This document shows positions 9,401 through 15,215 of a stretch of 64,000 nucleotides of DNA, piece by piece. The DNA is from Thermoplasmatota archaeon (GTDB lineage: Archaea; Thermoplasmatota; E2; JACPAO01; JAHFTW01). Each line of letters opens with the position of its first letter. Position 1 is the first letter of the stretch. The notes beneath the pieces are model-generated. The model worked only from the letters and a program-made list of their open reading frames with translations. It was not told the origin of the DNA and ran no database searches. The stretch is from contig JBFIHX010000002.1 of NCBI GenBank assembly GCA_041601615.1, forward strand, positions 224,001 through 288,000. The letters run 5' to 3'. Made by a program: the position numbers and the translations under genes.

Positions 9401-9981
9401 ATGGTGTCTTCGGTGACGGGGACGGTGTTGGCTTTGTAGCGCGCTTCGGCGCGGTCGAGCATCGCCGCCCGATCGCTGCTGCTGAGGTGTTGGAAGGTCT
9501 CATCGGCTTCGATGGCGGCGCGGGCTTCGGGCCAGAAGAGGCGTTTGGTGGCAATTTTGTTGGATTCGCCGCCCATGGCGTTGCCGATGATGACGGCGGT
9601 GCGGTTGCGGTCGAAGTCGCGTCCGGGTGCGTCGCCTCGGATGCCGGTTGCGAGTCCCGCGTCGAGGAGTGCTTGGCGGGCGGCCGACAGCGCCCACTGT
9701 TGGCTTTGGTCCACCTGTTTTTGCACTTGTGGCGGCATGCGGTATTCGAGGCCCTGGAAGTTGTCGTCGCTGACGAAGGCGCCGATTTTGGCGTAGGTTT
9801 TGTCTGGTGTTTTTGCCGAGTCGTAGTAGAGCGCGGTGTCCCAGCGGGTGGGCGGGACTTCGCGGATGCTGTTGCGGCCCTCGACGAGGTTGTTCCAGAA
9901 GGTTGGAATGTCGGGGGCGTCGGGCAGGACGCAGCCCAGGCCGATGATGGCGATGGGCTCCTTGGTGACGGTGTCGGACAT
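430..9981 (-). CDS. Iterative type I PKS/FAS megasynthase, KS-AT-KS-ACPx4-KR-DH-PPTase (3183 aa)
   Basis: KS1: DAACASSL, HGTST, KSNIGHL. AT: FPGQG, GHSLG, AAFHS. KS2: NAACAST, HETYT, KGFTGHP. Four ACP repeats with DLGIDTVKQAELF. KR: GGAQGI, HAAG, GNIGQTDYSAAN. DH: DHAIDGVPYLPG, FHGPSFQ. C-terminal Sfp-like PPTase: GRLAAK, SLTH, GIDLE, WAAKEAVFK. Confidence 0.95.
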   Translation of the reverse strand: MSDTVTKEPIAIIGLGCVLPDAPDIPTFWNNLVEGRNSIREVPPTRWDTALYYDSAKTPDKTYAKIGAFVSDDNFQGLEYRMPPQVQKQVDQSQQWALSAARQALLDAGLATGIRGDAPGRDFDRNRTAVIIGNAMGGESNKIATKRLFWPEARAAIEADETFQHLSSSDRAAMLDRAEARYKANTVPVTEDTMPGHLSNVVAGRIANVFDLGGKNFTTDAACASSLAALDAAIDSLRDAESDLVVWGGTDRSMDITPYIQFSAIGALSPDGSRPFDAGANGFVMGEGCAMFILKRLGDAERDGDRIHAVIRGVGGSSDGKGKGITAPNPRGQVKAVRRAYEEAEMDPYTVGYVEAHGTSTPVGDPVELNSVREAFQQIRAADVPVGSIRVGSVKSNIGHLKAAAGAAGMLKAVLAVREGIIPPSINVQTLNPAIEWATSPFQVATSRTPWETPADHPRRAAVSSFGFGGTNFHVVLEQYVPGALQFVDPATRNSAPIPAPAPTAATAPTPPSATTQPEATIPMTTFDAAGFASHMEQAAALEQTPLVLDADALPASLTALPSAVTFAKTGNGPRYRAAFYELTQAGVRAERRVGIAPTDLDEIPKKLELAAKAATQSAVAKLAFNQGVFLGQGEPRGKVAFLFPGQGTQYVNMGRDLAQKYAVVKHTFEEADAVLHDELDGVKLTDILWPTPDTAENRAASEEKLKLTEFTQPAVLAMDVALLRMMKQWGIQPDVVAGHSLGEYGALVAAGVLTFADALHAVAARGREMANVDLPDLGKMASIPADWETVSAAIADVDEYVICANKNCPSQTVIAGSSAGVDAAMAKLTAQGLQCIPLPVSAAFHSDIVAPASKPLRNVLARLDVQAPKVRILSNVGAEPYGNDPEAIRDNLAVQVASPVEWIDIMERMYSEGVRTFIEVGPKKALTGFAYDILGSKGDAVAICANHPKKGGIQHINELFAFLGAWGYLPKLPDLNDSAVYTAEFREPKTAFTRTTSALAQAAPAAAPAPVADARIDIIAGALRDLARTLDGMSSSPAAPSTPTPTTNSAPASAVATSAPAPVAALSSKNLPNSSELLLKAKMDAFGINLDDIGISGISVGLPGTHKPLFATDDWDRILRGDNLIDALPETEQQKMASKNIVRLVKGGGGQGTFQAIDDIAQVIQLAGRRGDFDVTEWGVDADFASTLDRTFQYAIAAGLEALRDAGIPLQRTYLQTTTGSHLPKDWKLPEPMRDDTGIVFASAFPGIDNLVRDISRYLADKYAGRTLDDLRNLYDELLGQVTDDDLRNNLTTGFEAEFARLQDVLPDHGAARYEFNRKFLFNVLSMGHAQLAQFIGARGPNTQLNAACASTTQAITVAEDWIRTGRCKRVLVVGADDVTSDALFEWIGSGFLASGAATTKNRVEDAALPFDARRHGMIVGMGAVGLVIEATPETEARGMRPIAKLLATTVANSAFHGSRLDVDHISQCMQGLMAKAGARYGIHADAIAAQTMFMSHETYTPARGGSASAEIHALRATFGTNANKVVIANTKGFTGHPQGAGVEDAIALKALQRGTVPPIANFRDPDPELGDLNLSKGGAYDVRYALRLAAGFGSQVAMTLTQLVAREDERVANQAQYDAWLSSVSGLPAAATEVQNRTLRIVDQGAPERTAPAVVVAAEPAPVAAVASPVVVADEADVLQKVTDLVASKTGYPPEMLEADLDMEADLGIDTVKQAELFGELRETFGVPLDESLSLKDYNTLRKVAGYMAGGTSNSAPIAAAEVASPAPVPAAAQTAPETDVLADVTALVAEKTGYPPEMLEADLDMEADLGIDTVKQAELFGELRDRFGVPLDENLQLKDYNTLRKVAEYMGGGTSQSEVSARPSPTQVGLGVGGSTAAPVATAESAPAAASPAAAAPATPVSATTAETDDAVLAKVTAVIADKTGYPVEMLEADLDMEADLGIDTVKQAELFGELRDHFGVPLDENLSLADYNTLRKVAAYMGGGASAAAPVATVVSTPAPAAASTAGTDTADVLAQVIALVADKTGYPVDMLEPELDMEADLGIDTVKQAELFGELRDRFSVPMREDLQLKDYNTLAKVAAYMASNAGATDAPAADATADATTASEPSQAIVRRVPTVRPAPSPHQSNDLAKGTLLVVGDADTAFLDAWKEAGWKPTFRLHDDDTPVGLLCLATRRGDSAPARLGPMFDAAKAHQNALKNGFVAVVTRQDGAHGLAAPRDATMAAVAGFGKALKKEFEGAVVKVIDLHPKLSDAPAMVLAEVIEGGRRTEIAFDAEGTRFVIDVAPEALEGTPNVSGKTLIVPGGAQGITVELLAALAPQHPNFMLLGRTTMAEEAETWASWTDDEWKAEEQRQMAAMKEAGAKVTPVSIQKAMSPLRKAAEVQRNLQRLSDLGAEVTYASVDVTDHDAVREALDHARERFGAIHGVIHAAGVEISKDLASKDREQFDWVFGIKHDGWNALMAATAEDELEFLVAFGSVAGRFGNIGQTDYSAANEYLCKAVQVAAAERNVPTAFTIAWGPWGEVGMATKGSILQIMESTGVTPIPTADGVAQFLAELGTPGIRESVVAGNVGAIDADGQVVDAAWDPRLGEHQARMESAPERFALLAGVETATADSVTTRIEMDQATQAYARDHAIDGVPYLPGVFGLEAFAETASLLAPADTVCTRVTNASFGIPLKQLKDRPAVARITATRAAEGDGITCTLWSRMVGPDGKERGEPRTHFAATIHFGAAAAPRRTSEVPACTRDRDHASIYPPFFHGPSFQVLRYAGPLDDESVGIGVTPEAPVLEGTSPEWHVHPLLVEALFQVCGLRTMTVDGRMSLPAAIERLDILHYGPLPKETRLWTRFAGRDDNGLYRFDAAACTEDGAVLVRMVQYGMVETGDVPGSDTDTPAPPAASEPTNGHQNGHADKDATPKPIVELSEPQATDNSAAPVQKTLSESTPAAASAEPEAVPIPTVDLGLPDDTGALFAAVPVADADPDPQWFTEEELGTAEAFKAPKRAEEWRAGRLAAKAVAIAAGANVSALEVTVVNSDGGKPVLHLHGKAANYELSLTHRDGLAIAALAPTALGIDLETVKQRSAAWREEAFNDTEAPVAADDNAAACMWAAKEAVFKRTGTGLRSALRAWTVMPDGAGGATVTGPDGTFGVRFWSIEGRVLAVSLADFDPMTEEPETASHA
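3720..4950 (-). repeat. Four tandem near-identical ACP-coding repeats separated by Ala/Pro-rich linkers
   Basis: Four copies of KTGYPxxMLExxLDMEADLGIDTVKQAELFGELR...DYNTL. Thr codons (ACC) at 4843-4845, 4534-4536, 4138-4140 and 3832-3834. Confidence 0.92.
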
Positions 9982-10092
9982 GGTTGGGGGCTCCGTGGGC
10001 GGGGTCGGAGGGGAACGGGAGAGGCGGGGGGTTGGAAAAAGGACTGGACTGATGGAGGTCGGGTCGGCGGGCGCCGACGGGGGGCTGGGGGG

Positions 10093-11703
10093 TTAGAGGG
10101 GGGTGAGGCCGTGCTTCTTGGCGGGCCGGGTTTCGCGCTTTTGCAGGAGCGGTAGCAGGGCTGCGATGAGGCGGGGCCGGGTCTCGCGGGGTTCGATGAT
10201 GTCGTCGATCCAGCCGCGTTCGGCCGCGACATACGGATTGGCGAATTTGCGTTCGTATTCAGCGGTGAATTCGGCTTTGCGTGCCTCGGCTGCGGCGGGG
10301 TCGGTTTTGGCAAGTTCCATGAGTTCGCGCCGGTGCAAGATTTCCACGGCGCCGCTGCCGCCCATGACGGCGATTTCGGTGCCGGGCCAGGCGAGGTTGC
10401 AGTCGCTTCCCACGTGCTTCGAGGACATGACGATGTAGGCGCCGCCGTAGGATTTGCGCAGAACCACGGAGAGCTTGGGCACGGTGGCTTCACAGTAGGC
10501 GTACAGGAGTTTGGCTCCGTTGCGGATGATGCCGCCGTGTTCCTGGCCAAGGCCGGGCAGGAAGCCGGGCACGTCCACGAAGCTGACGATCGGGATGTTG
10601 AAGGCGTCGCAGAAGCGGATGAATTTGGCGCCTTTGATGCTGGCTTCGATGTCGAGGGCACCGGCGAGGACGGCGGGTTGGTTGGCGACGATGCCGACGG
10701 GGATGCCGTCGAGGCGGCTGAAGCCAATGACGAGGTTTTGGGCCCACTTGGGTTGAATTTCTAGGAACGAATCGGTGTCCACTACGCGCTTGACGACGTC
10801 GCGCACGTCGTAGGGTTTGTTGGCGTTGGAGGGGACGATGTTGTCCAATTCGGGGTCCATGCGGCCGCGTGCGTCGCCGGGGTTTTCCTTGATGGGGAGG
10901 TCGGCGAGGTTGTTGGCGGGAATGTAGCTGAGAAGTTTGCGGATGAGGAAGATGCTGTCGTCTTCGTCGACGCCGCTGAAGCTTGCGACACCGGATTTTA
11001 CGGTGTGGACGCTGCTGCCGCCGAGTTCCTCTTGGCTGGCTTCTTCGCCGGTGACGGTCTTGACCACGTCGGGGCCGGTGACGAACATGTGGCTGGTGTC
11101 GTCCGTCATGATGACGAAGTCGGTGAGGGCGGGGGAGTACACGGCGCCGCCGGCAGAAGGGCCGACGATGACCGAAATCTGCGGCACTACGCCGCTGGCC
11201 TTGACGTTCCTGAAGAAAATGTCACCGTAGCCGGCAAGGCTTGCCACACCTTCTTGGATGCGTGCGCCGCCAGAGTCATTGAAGCCGATGACGGGGGCTC
11301 CGATGGCGAGCGCCTGGTCGAGGACTTTGGCAATTTTTTGCCCGGTTTGGTAGCCGAGGCTGCCGCCGAGGACGGTGAAGTCTTGGGCGTAAGTGAAGAT
11401 GACTTGGCCGTTGATGGTGCCGTGGCCGGTGACGACGCCGTCGCCGTCGAAGGCGTGACGATCCATGCCAAAGTCGGTGGATTGGGTGCGCACGTAGGGA
11501 TCCATCTCTACGAAGGAGCCTGGATCGAGCAGAAGTTCGATGCGTTCGCGGGCGGTGTATTTTCCCTTCTTGTGTTGCGCTTCGATGCGAGCTGCCCCGC
11601 CTCCCATGTGTGCCTTGGCGCGGCGTTCGCGCAGGATTTCCACGGGGGAGGGCTTGATGTGGCCGTTCGTAGCCTGGGGGCTCGCGGGGACGGTCTTGGC
11701 CAT
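10093..11703 (-). CDS. Acyl-CoA carboxylase carboxyltransferase (beta) subunit, PccB/AccD type
   Basis: ARERIELLLDPGSF, GDGVVTG, QDFTVLGGSLG, DSGGARIQEG, DVPGFLPG, RKSYGGAY, KKHG. Start set at MAKTV (11703), which has a TATA-like element about 25 bp upstream. Confidence 0.93.
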   Translation of the reverse strand: MAKTVPASPQATNGHIKPSPVEILRERRAKAHMGGGAARIEAQHKKGKYTARERIELLLDPGSFVEMDPYVRTQSTDFGMDRHAFDGDGVVTGHGTINGQVIFTYAQDFTVLGGSLGYQTGQKIAKVLDQALAIGAPVIGFNDSGGARIQEGVASLAGYGDIFFRNVKASGVVPQISVIVGPSAGGAVYSPALTDFVIMTDDTSHMFVTGPDVVKTVTGEEASQEELGGSSVHTVKSGVASFSGVDEDDSIFLIRKLLSYIPANNLADLPIKENPGDARGRMDPELDNIVPSNANKPYDVRDVVKRVVDTDSFLEIQPKWAQNLVIGFSRLDGIPVGIVANQPAVLAGALDIEASIKGAKFIRFCDAFNIPIVSFVDVPGFLPGLGQEHGGIIRNGAKLLYAYCEATVPKLSVVLRKSYGGAYIVMSSKHVGSDCNLAWPGTEIAVMGGSGAVEILHRRELMELAKTDPAAAEARKAEFTAEYERKFANPYVAAERGWIDDIIEPRETRPRLIAALLPLLQKRETRPAKKHGLTPL

Positions 11704-11721
11704 GGCTTTGCGGGGCCGGGG

Positions 11722-11740
11722 ATCATATATCAGGCTTCGC
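11722..11740 (-). promoter_or_regulatory. Putative BRE/TATA promoter for a leaderless carboxyltransferase-PKS-bioY transcript
   Basis: Minus strand reads GAAGCCTGATATATGAT, with ATATAT 22-27 bp upstream of ATG 11703 in an otherwise GC-rich context. Confidence 0.5.
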
Positions 11741-11893
11741 GTAGAATTTTCCGGCAATGGTAGGGAATCGGGTGCCCGCGGTTCGGCAATTGTCGTTTGG
11801 TGCACTGACTGGTTGGGCTGACTCGAACATGTCAAGGGTCAAAGCCGCCGCTTGGGCGGTCGTTGCAGCGCGTTGCATTGGGTGTTGCTGGGC

Positions 11894-12337
11894 CTAGACT
11901 TGCAGCACCGTAATCGTGTCCGTCATGGACCCGTGCACGCGGCAATGGTACGGAAATTCGCCCGCCTCGGTGAACGTAAACGAGAACTCGGAGTTGGCAA
12001 ATTCGCTCATGCAGGTGTTGCCGGGGCATGCGCCAGAATCGAACGTCCCGCCGCCTGCGGTGACCGAGTGCGGAATGGCGCCGTCTTCGTGCGTCCAGAC
12101 GACTTTATCGCCCACTTGAATCGTCAGCGACCCCTCGACGAAGTCATTGCCTGCGATGCTGATGTGCCAGGTCAGAGGCTCCTGGCGGGGTGCTGGCGGC
12201 GTGGGGGTTGGTGCGGGCGGTGGGTCCGTGGAGTTTTGGTCTGGATTGGGGTCCGGGTCGGGGTCGCCGTCGTCGCCCCCAAAACAACCGGTCAGCAGCA
12301 TCAGCAGGACAGCCAAAACCGAAGCAAGGGCGCGCAT
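11894..12337 (-). CDS. Plastocyanin/halocyanin-like blue copper lipoprotein
   Basis: Lipobox LLTGC, Pro/Asp linker, HSVT and YHCRVHGSM type-1 copper ligands. Confidence 0.85.
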   Translation of the reverse strand: MRALASVLAVLLMLLTGCFGGDDGDPDPDPNPDQNSTDPPPAPTPTPPAPRQEPLTWHISIAGNDFVEGSLTIQVGDKVVWTHEDGAIPHSVTAGGGTFDSGACPGNTCMSEFANSEFSFTFTEAGEFPYHCRVHGSMTDTITVLQV

Positions 12338-12470
12338 GGTCTGTCAGGCACCTAAGCATCGAATGAGTTTGCCCTACGCGATATGGCGGGGACGAAACGG
12401 CCCGAACTCGCCACAACGGCCAAGCCCCTCAGATTCCTGCCTGATGGCCGGGGCAACCCGGTGTGATCCC

Positions 12471-12749
12471 ATGCGTATTGCCACCCCCACCACACTGATC
12501 TTGCTCCTGGCGCTCTTGTCGCCAGCGGCGCTCGCCTCGGATGCCCCGACCCAAGCGGAACGGGCACCAGCCGAAATCATCTGCGACGAAGCGGGCCTTC
12601 CCGCTGCCGTTTGTGCGCTCATCGACAAAATCTGCTCGCTCATCGAACGCGCCGCCCAGGACCTAGAAGAGCTGCTGCCTCCCGACATCTGGGACATCAT
12701 CGAACCACTCATCGACTACATCAAGCGACTTTGCCAGCGACTGCGCTAA
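12471..12749 (+). CDS. Small secreted helical protein with 4 Cys (hypothetical)
   Basis: MRIATPTTLILLLALLSPAALA signal peptide followed by amphipathic helices; fills the gap between flanking genes. Confidence 0.6.
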   Translation: MRIATPTTLILLLALLSPAALASDAPTQAERAPAEIICDEAGLPAAVCALIDKICSLIERAAQDLEELLPPDIWDIIEPLIDYIKRLCQRLR

Positions 12750-13117
12750 GCTGAAGGGTCTGATTGCAATGCGGCTTGTGCCGCTTCCCACGCCAGACTC
12801 GCGCATCGCTTGCGGGTCGGATTCAGGGGCGCATCCACGAGCGCCAGCACCTCCTCGCGAGTCATTGCTTGAACCTCTGCCACGGGCGCTCCGTTCCAGC
12901 GCTTGGTGAGCAGGCTAGCCGCTGCAACACTGACGGCGCACCCGACTCCCTCCCAGCTTGCGTCGACCACGACTCCGTCCGCCACGCGAAGGTGTACGGT
13001 CACTTCGTCGCCGCACAGCGGGTTGTCGGCTTTGTGCTGGTGGGTGGCCTCGGGCATGGCGCGGCGGTTGTGCGGTGCGCGGTAGTGCTCCAGGACGTGG
13101 GCCGGGTAGGCGGTCAA
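12746..13117 (-). CDS. SufU/IscU-type Fe-S scaffold or sulfur-transfer protein
   Basis: EHYRAPHN, NPLCGD, GCAVSVAAAS, PTRKRCA with three conserved Cys. Confidence 0.87.
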   Translation of the reverse strand: MTAYPAHVLEHYRAPHNRRAMPEATHQHKADNPLCGDEVTVHLRVADGVVVDASWEGVGCAVSVAAASLLTKRWNGAPVAEVQAMTREEVLALVDAPLNPTRKRCASLAWEAAQAALQSDPSA

Positions 13118-13193
13118 CGGGCTGAGAGTCGCAGCGGGGGGCTTTAGGTGCGGCGGTGGGGGCTACCCAAGGCGTGCTCCTGAAGTAGTCTCC

Positions 13194-15017
13194 ATGAAAG
13201 TCGCCCTCATGCAAGCGTGGGTCGTTCCGGCAGCCGTTGCGGCCGTGCTTGTGATGAGCCTTGGCGCCGGCCTTGCATTGGACCATGACCGAGATGGCGC
13301 GAGCCTTTGGACGGAGCTGGGGGCGGGCACGAGTCCCTGGCGCGGCGACACGGACGGCGACGGCCTTCCGGACGGATACGAGCTGAACGCGGGGCTGCCT
13401 GCCCGGCGCGCCGACGCAGACCGCGACGGTTTGTTGGATGGTGCTGAGGTTGCGGCGCGCAGCAATCCGTTGGCCTCGGACTCGGACGGCGATGGAATTC
13501 CGGATGGCGAGGAAGCGGCGCGGGACTGCGACGGGGACGGCTTGTTCGCGGTGGCAAGTTCCGATGACGACGCGGACGGACGACCTGATGCGGCGGAACC
13601 GGGGCGCGACTGCAATGCCGACGTGGATGGCGATGGGGTCCTGGATGGCCGCGAGGGCAACGAGGTGTGCATTGTGTCCGCGGATTGTGACCGAGATGGA
13701 TTGACAGATGGCGTGGAAGCGGAACTTGCTTACGATCCGTTGGACCCGGACACGTTCGATACTGGGCTTACGGATGCGGTGGCGTATGCGTTCCAGCGCG
13801 GCGGCCAAGACCCTGGCGCGGACGCGGACAGGGACGGCATCCCGGATCCATGGGAGTCAGAGGATGGCCTCATTGCGTGGGGCGGTCTTCAGCCAGAAGC
13901 GGGGCGGCGAGATCTCTTGGTGGAGTACCTGCGCGTCGTCGGTCCGGGCAGCGAAAAATACCCGGGATTGAACTTCGACGAGGTGTACAGGAACGTGGCG
14001 CGGATGTTTGCGGATGAGGCAGGCATCACCATGTCTTGGGTCGAGACCATTGTGCGGCTGGACATGGACGAGCGCCCGGACATTTTGACGCCTGAGACTC
14101 TGCCGTACTATGATCTTGTTCTTGACGGCGCCGTGCACACGGACAACCCGTTTGTCACCACGGTCGTCTTGAACCCCCAGCAACAACAGCAGCATGCCGG
14201 GGACGTACTCGGCGCCGCTTTCTTGCGCTCCATGATTGCCACCATCGACTACGGGGCGCACACGAATCTCATCTTTACCAATCCCGACCTTGGAGAGCTG
14301 CGCGTCAGCCCGGTCTTTGAGAGTCATGTGGCCACCGGCAACGCCGCCAAAATCCGTGCGCTTGGATTCGAATCGAGCGGCGCAAACGGCAACCGCGTCT
14401 GGCTGCGCGACGCCGACGGAGATGTTCTAGGCGCGCCCGGGAAGGTCGAATGGCGGCCGGAGTGGTTCTTTGAGCCGCCCACTTTGACCTTCGACGAGTT
14501 CGGCACCTATGAGTTCCTTCGAGATCGCGCTTGGACGGACGAGCCCGAATTGGCCTCCACCATCGCCCACGAGGTCGGGCACACTTTGGGCCTGTGCCAC
14601 GCGCACGAATCGGAATGCTTTGGCGCGTACTCGCCCAGCGACCGGGAAGCGCGCCACAGTAGCACCATGAGCTACGGCGCTCCGGTTGGGACTCTGCATT
14701 TTCTTGCCTCCGAGTGGGATCAAGTAGCGGCGTACCTGCGCTGTCCTCCGCAACAAACCGTGCAACTCGTGGCAGACGGAGGCGACGAGGATGCGCTGCG
14801 GAGGGCCAAGTACCAGACCAGTTTCGTGGAAGCTGGATCACAACGAGCGTGCGGTGATCTTGCGCCGATGCCGCGTCAATTTGAACCCGTAGATGCCACC
14901 ACATATCGGTCCACGTTTGCAGCTCCCGGGGCGGTGCATGGTGGCGGCTGGGCGATGCTTGCGCATGGTGCCTTGACCGCTGTGGCCGTGGTGCTGATTT
15001 TGCGCAGACGACCTTAG
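13194..15017 (+). CDS. Membrane-anchored zinc metalloprotease (metzincin-like) with Ca-binding DxDxDG repeats
   Basis: N-terminal hydrophobic segment, multiple DxDxDGxxDxxE repeats, HEVGHTLGLCH (HExxHxxGxxH), STMSY Met-turn, C-terminal TM plus RRR. Confidence 0.8.
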   Translation: MKVALMQAWVVPAAVAAVLVMSLGAGLALDHDRDGASLWTELGAGTSPWRGDTDGDGLPDGYELNAGLPARRADADRDGLLDGAEVAARSNPLASDSDGDGIPDGEEAARDCDGDGLFAVASSDDDADGRPDAAEPGRDCNADVDGDGVLDGREGNEVCIVSADCDRDGLTDGVEAELAYDPLDPDTFDTGLTDAVAYAFQRGGQDPGADADRDGIPDPWESEDGLIAWGGLQPEAGRRDLLVEYLRVVGPGSEKYPGLNFDEVYRNVARMFADEAGITMSWVETIVRLDMDERPDILTPETLPYYDLVLDGAVHTDNPFVTTVVLNPQQQQQHAGDVLGAAFLRSMIATIDYGAHTNLIFTNPDLGELRVSPVFESHVATGNAAKIRALGFESSGANGNRVWLRDADGDVLGAPGKVEWRPEWFFEPPTLTFDEFGTYEFLRDRAWTDEPELASTIAHEVGHTLGLCHAHESECFGAYSPSDREARHSSTMSYGAPVGTLHFLASEWDQVAAYLRCPPQQTVQLVADGGDEDALRRAKYQTSFVEAGSQRACGDLAPMPRQFEPVDATTYRSTFAAPGAVHGGGWAMLAHGALTAVAVVLILRRRP

Positions 15018-15215
15018 AGCCATAGTAGCGACTCCGTTGCAGCTCGTGTTCCGCATGCTCTCGCCGCATGATCCATCCAATTTGGTTCGCAATCAGCGGA
15101 TTTGGACGGTAGAGCGGCAACGACCACATCGACGCTCGGACGTTTTCACGGGTTGCCTACCCGATTGCGTTCGGGCGCATCAATGTTTATCACGCGACTT
15201 GGACCTCGAACCTTG

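Noticed and set aside
430-9981. Calling the megasynthase pfaA (PUFA synthase) or pksE
   Set aside because: Tandem ACPs are PfaA-like and the terminal PPTase is PKSE-like, but the internal second KS, the Thr-ACPs and the absence of pfaB/C/D or a PKSE thioesterase fit neither.
12746-13117. SufU-like gene as part of the PKS cluster
   Set aside because: Separated by unrelated genes and by the carboxyltransferase promoter; no functional link evident.
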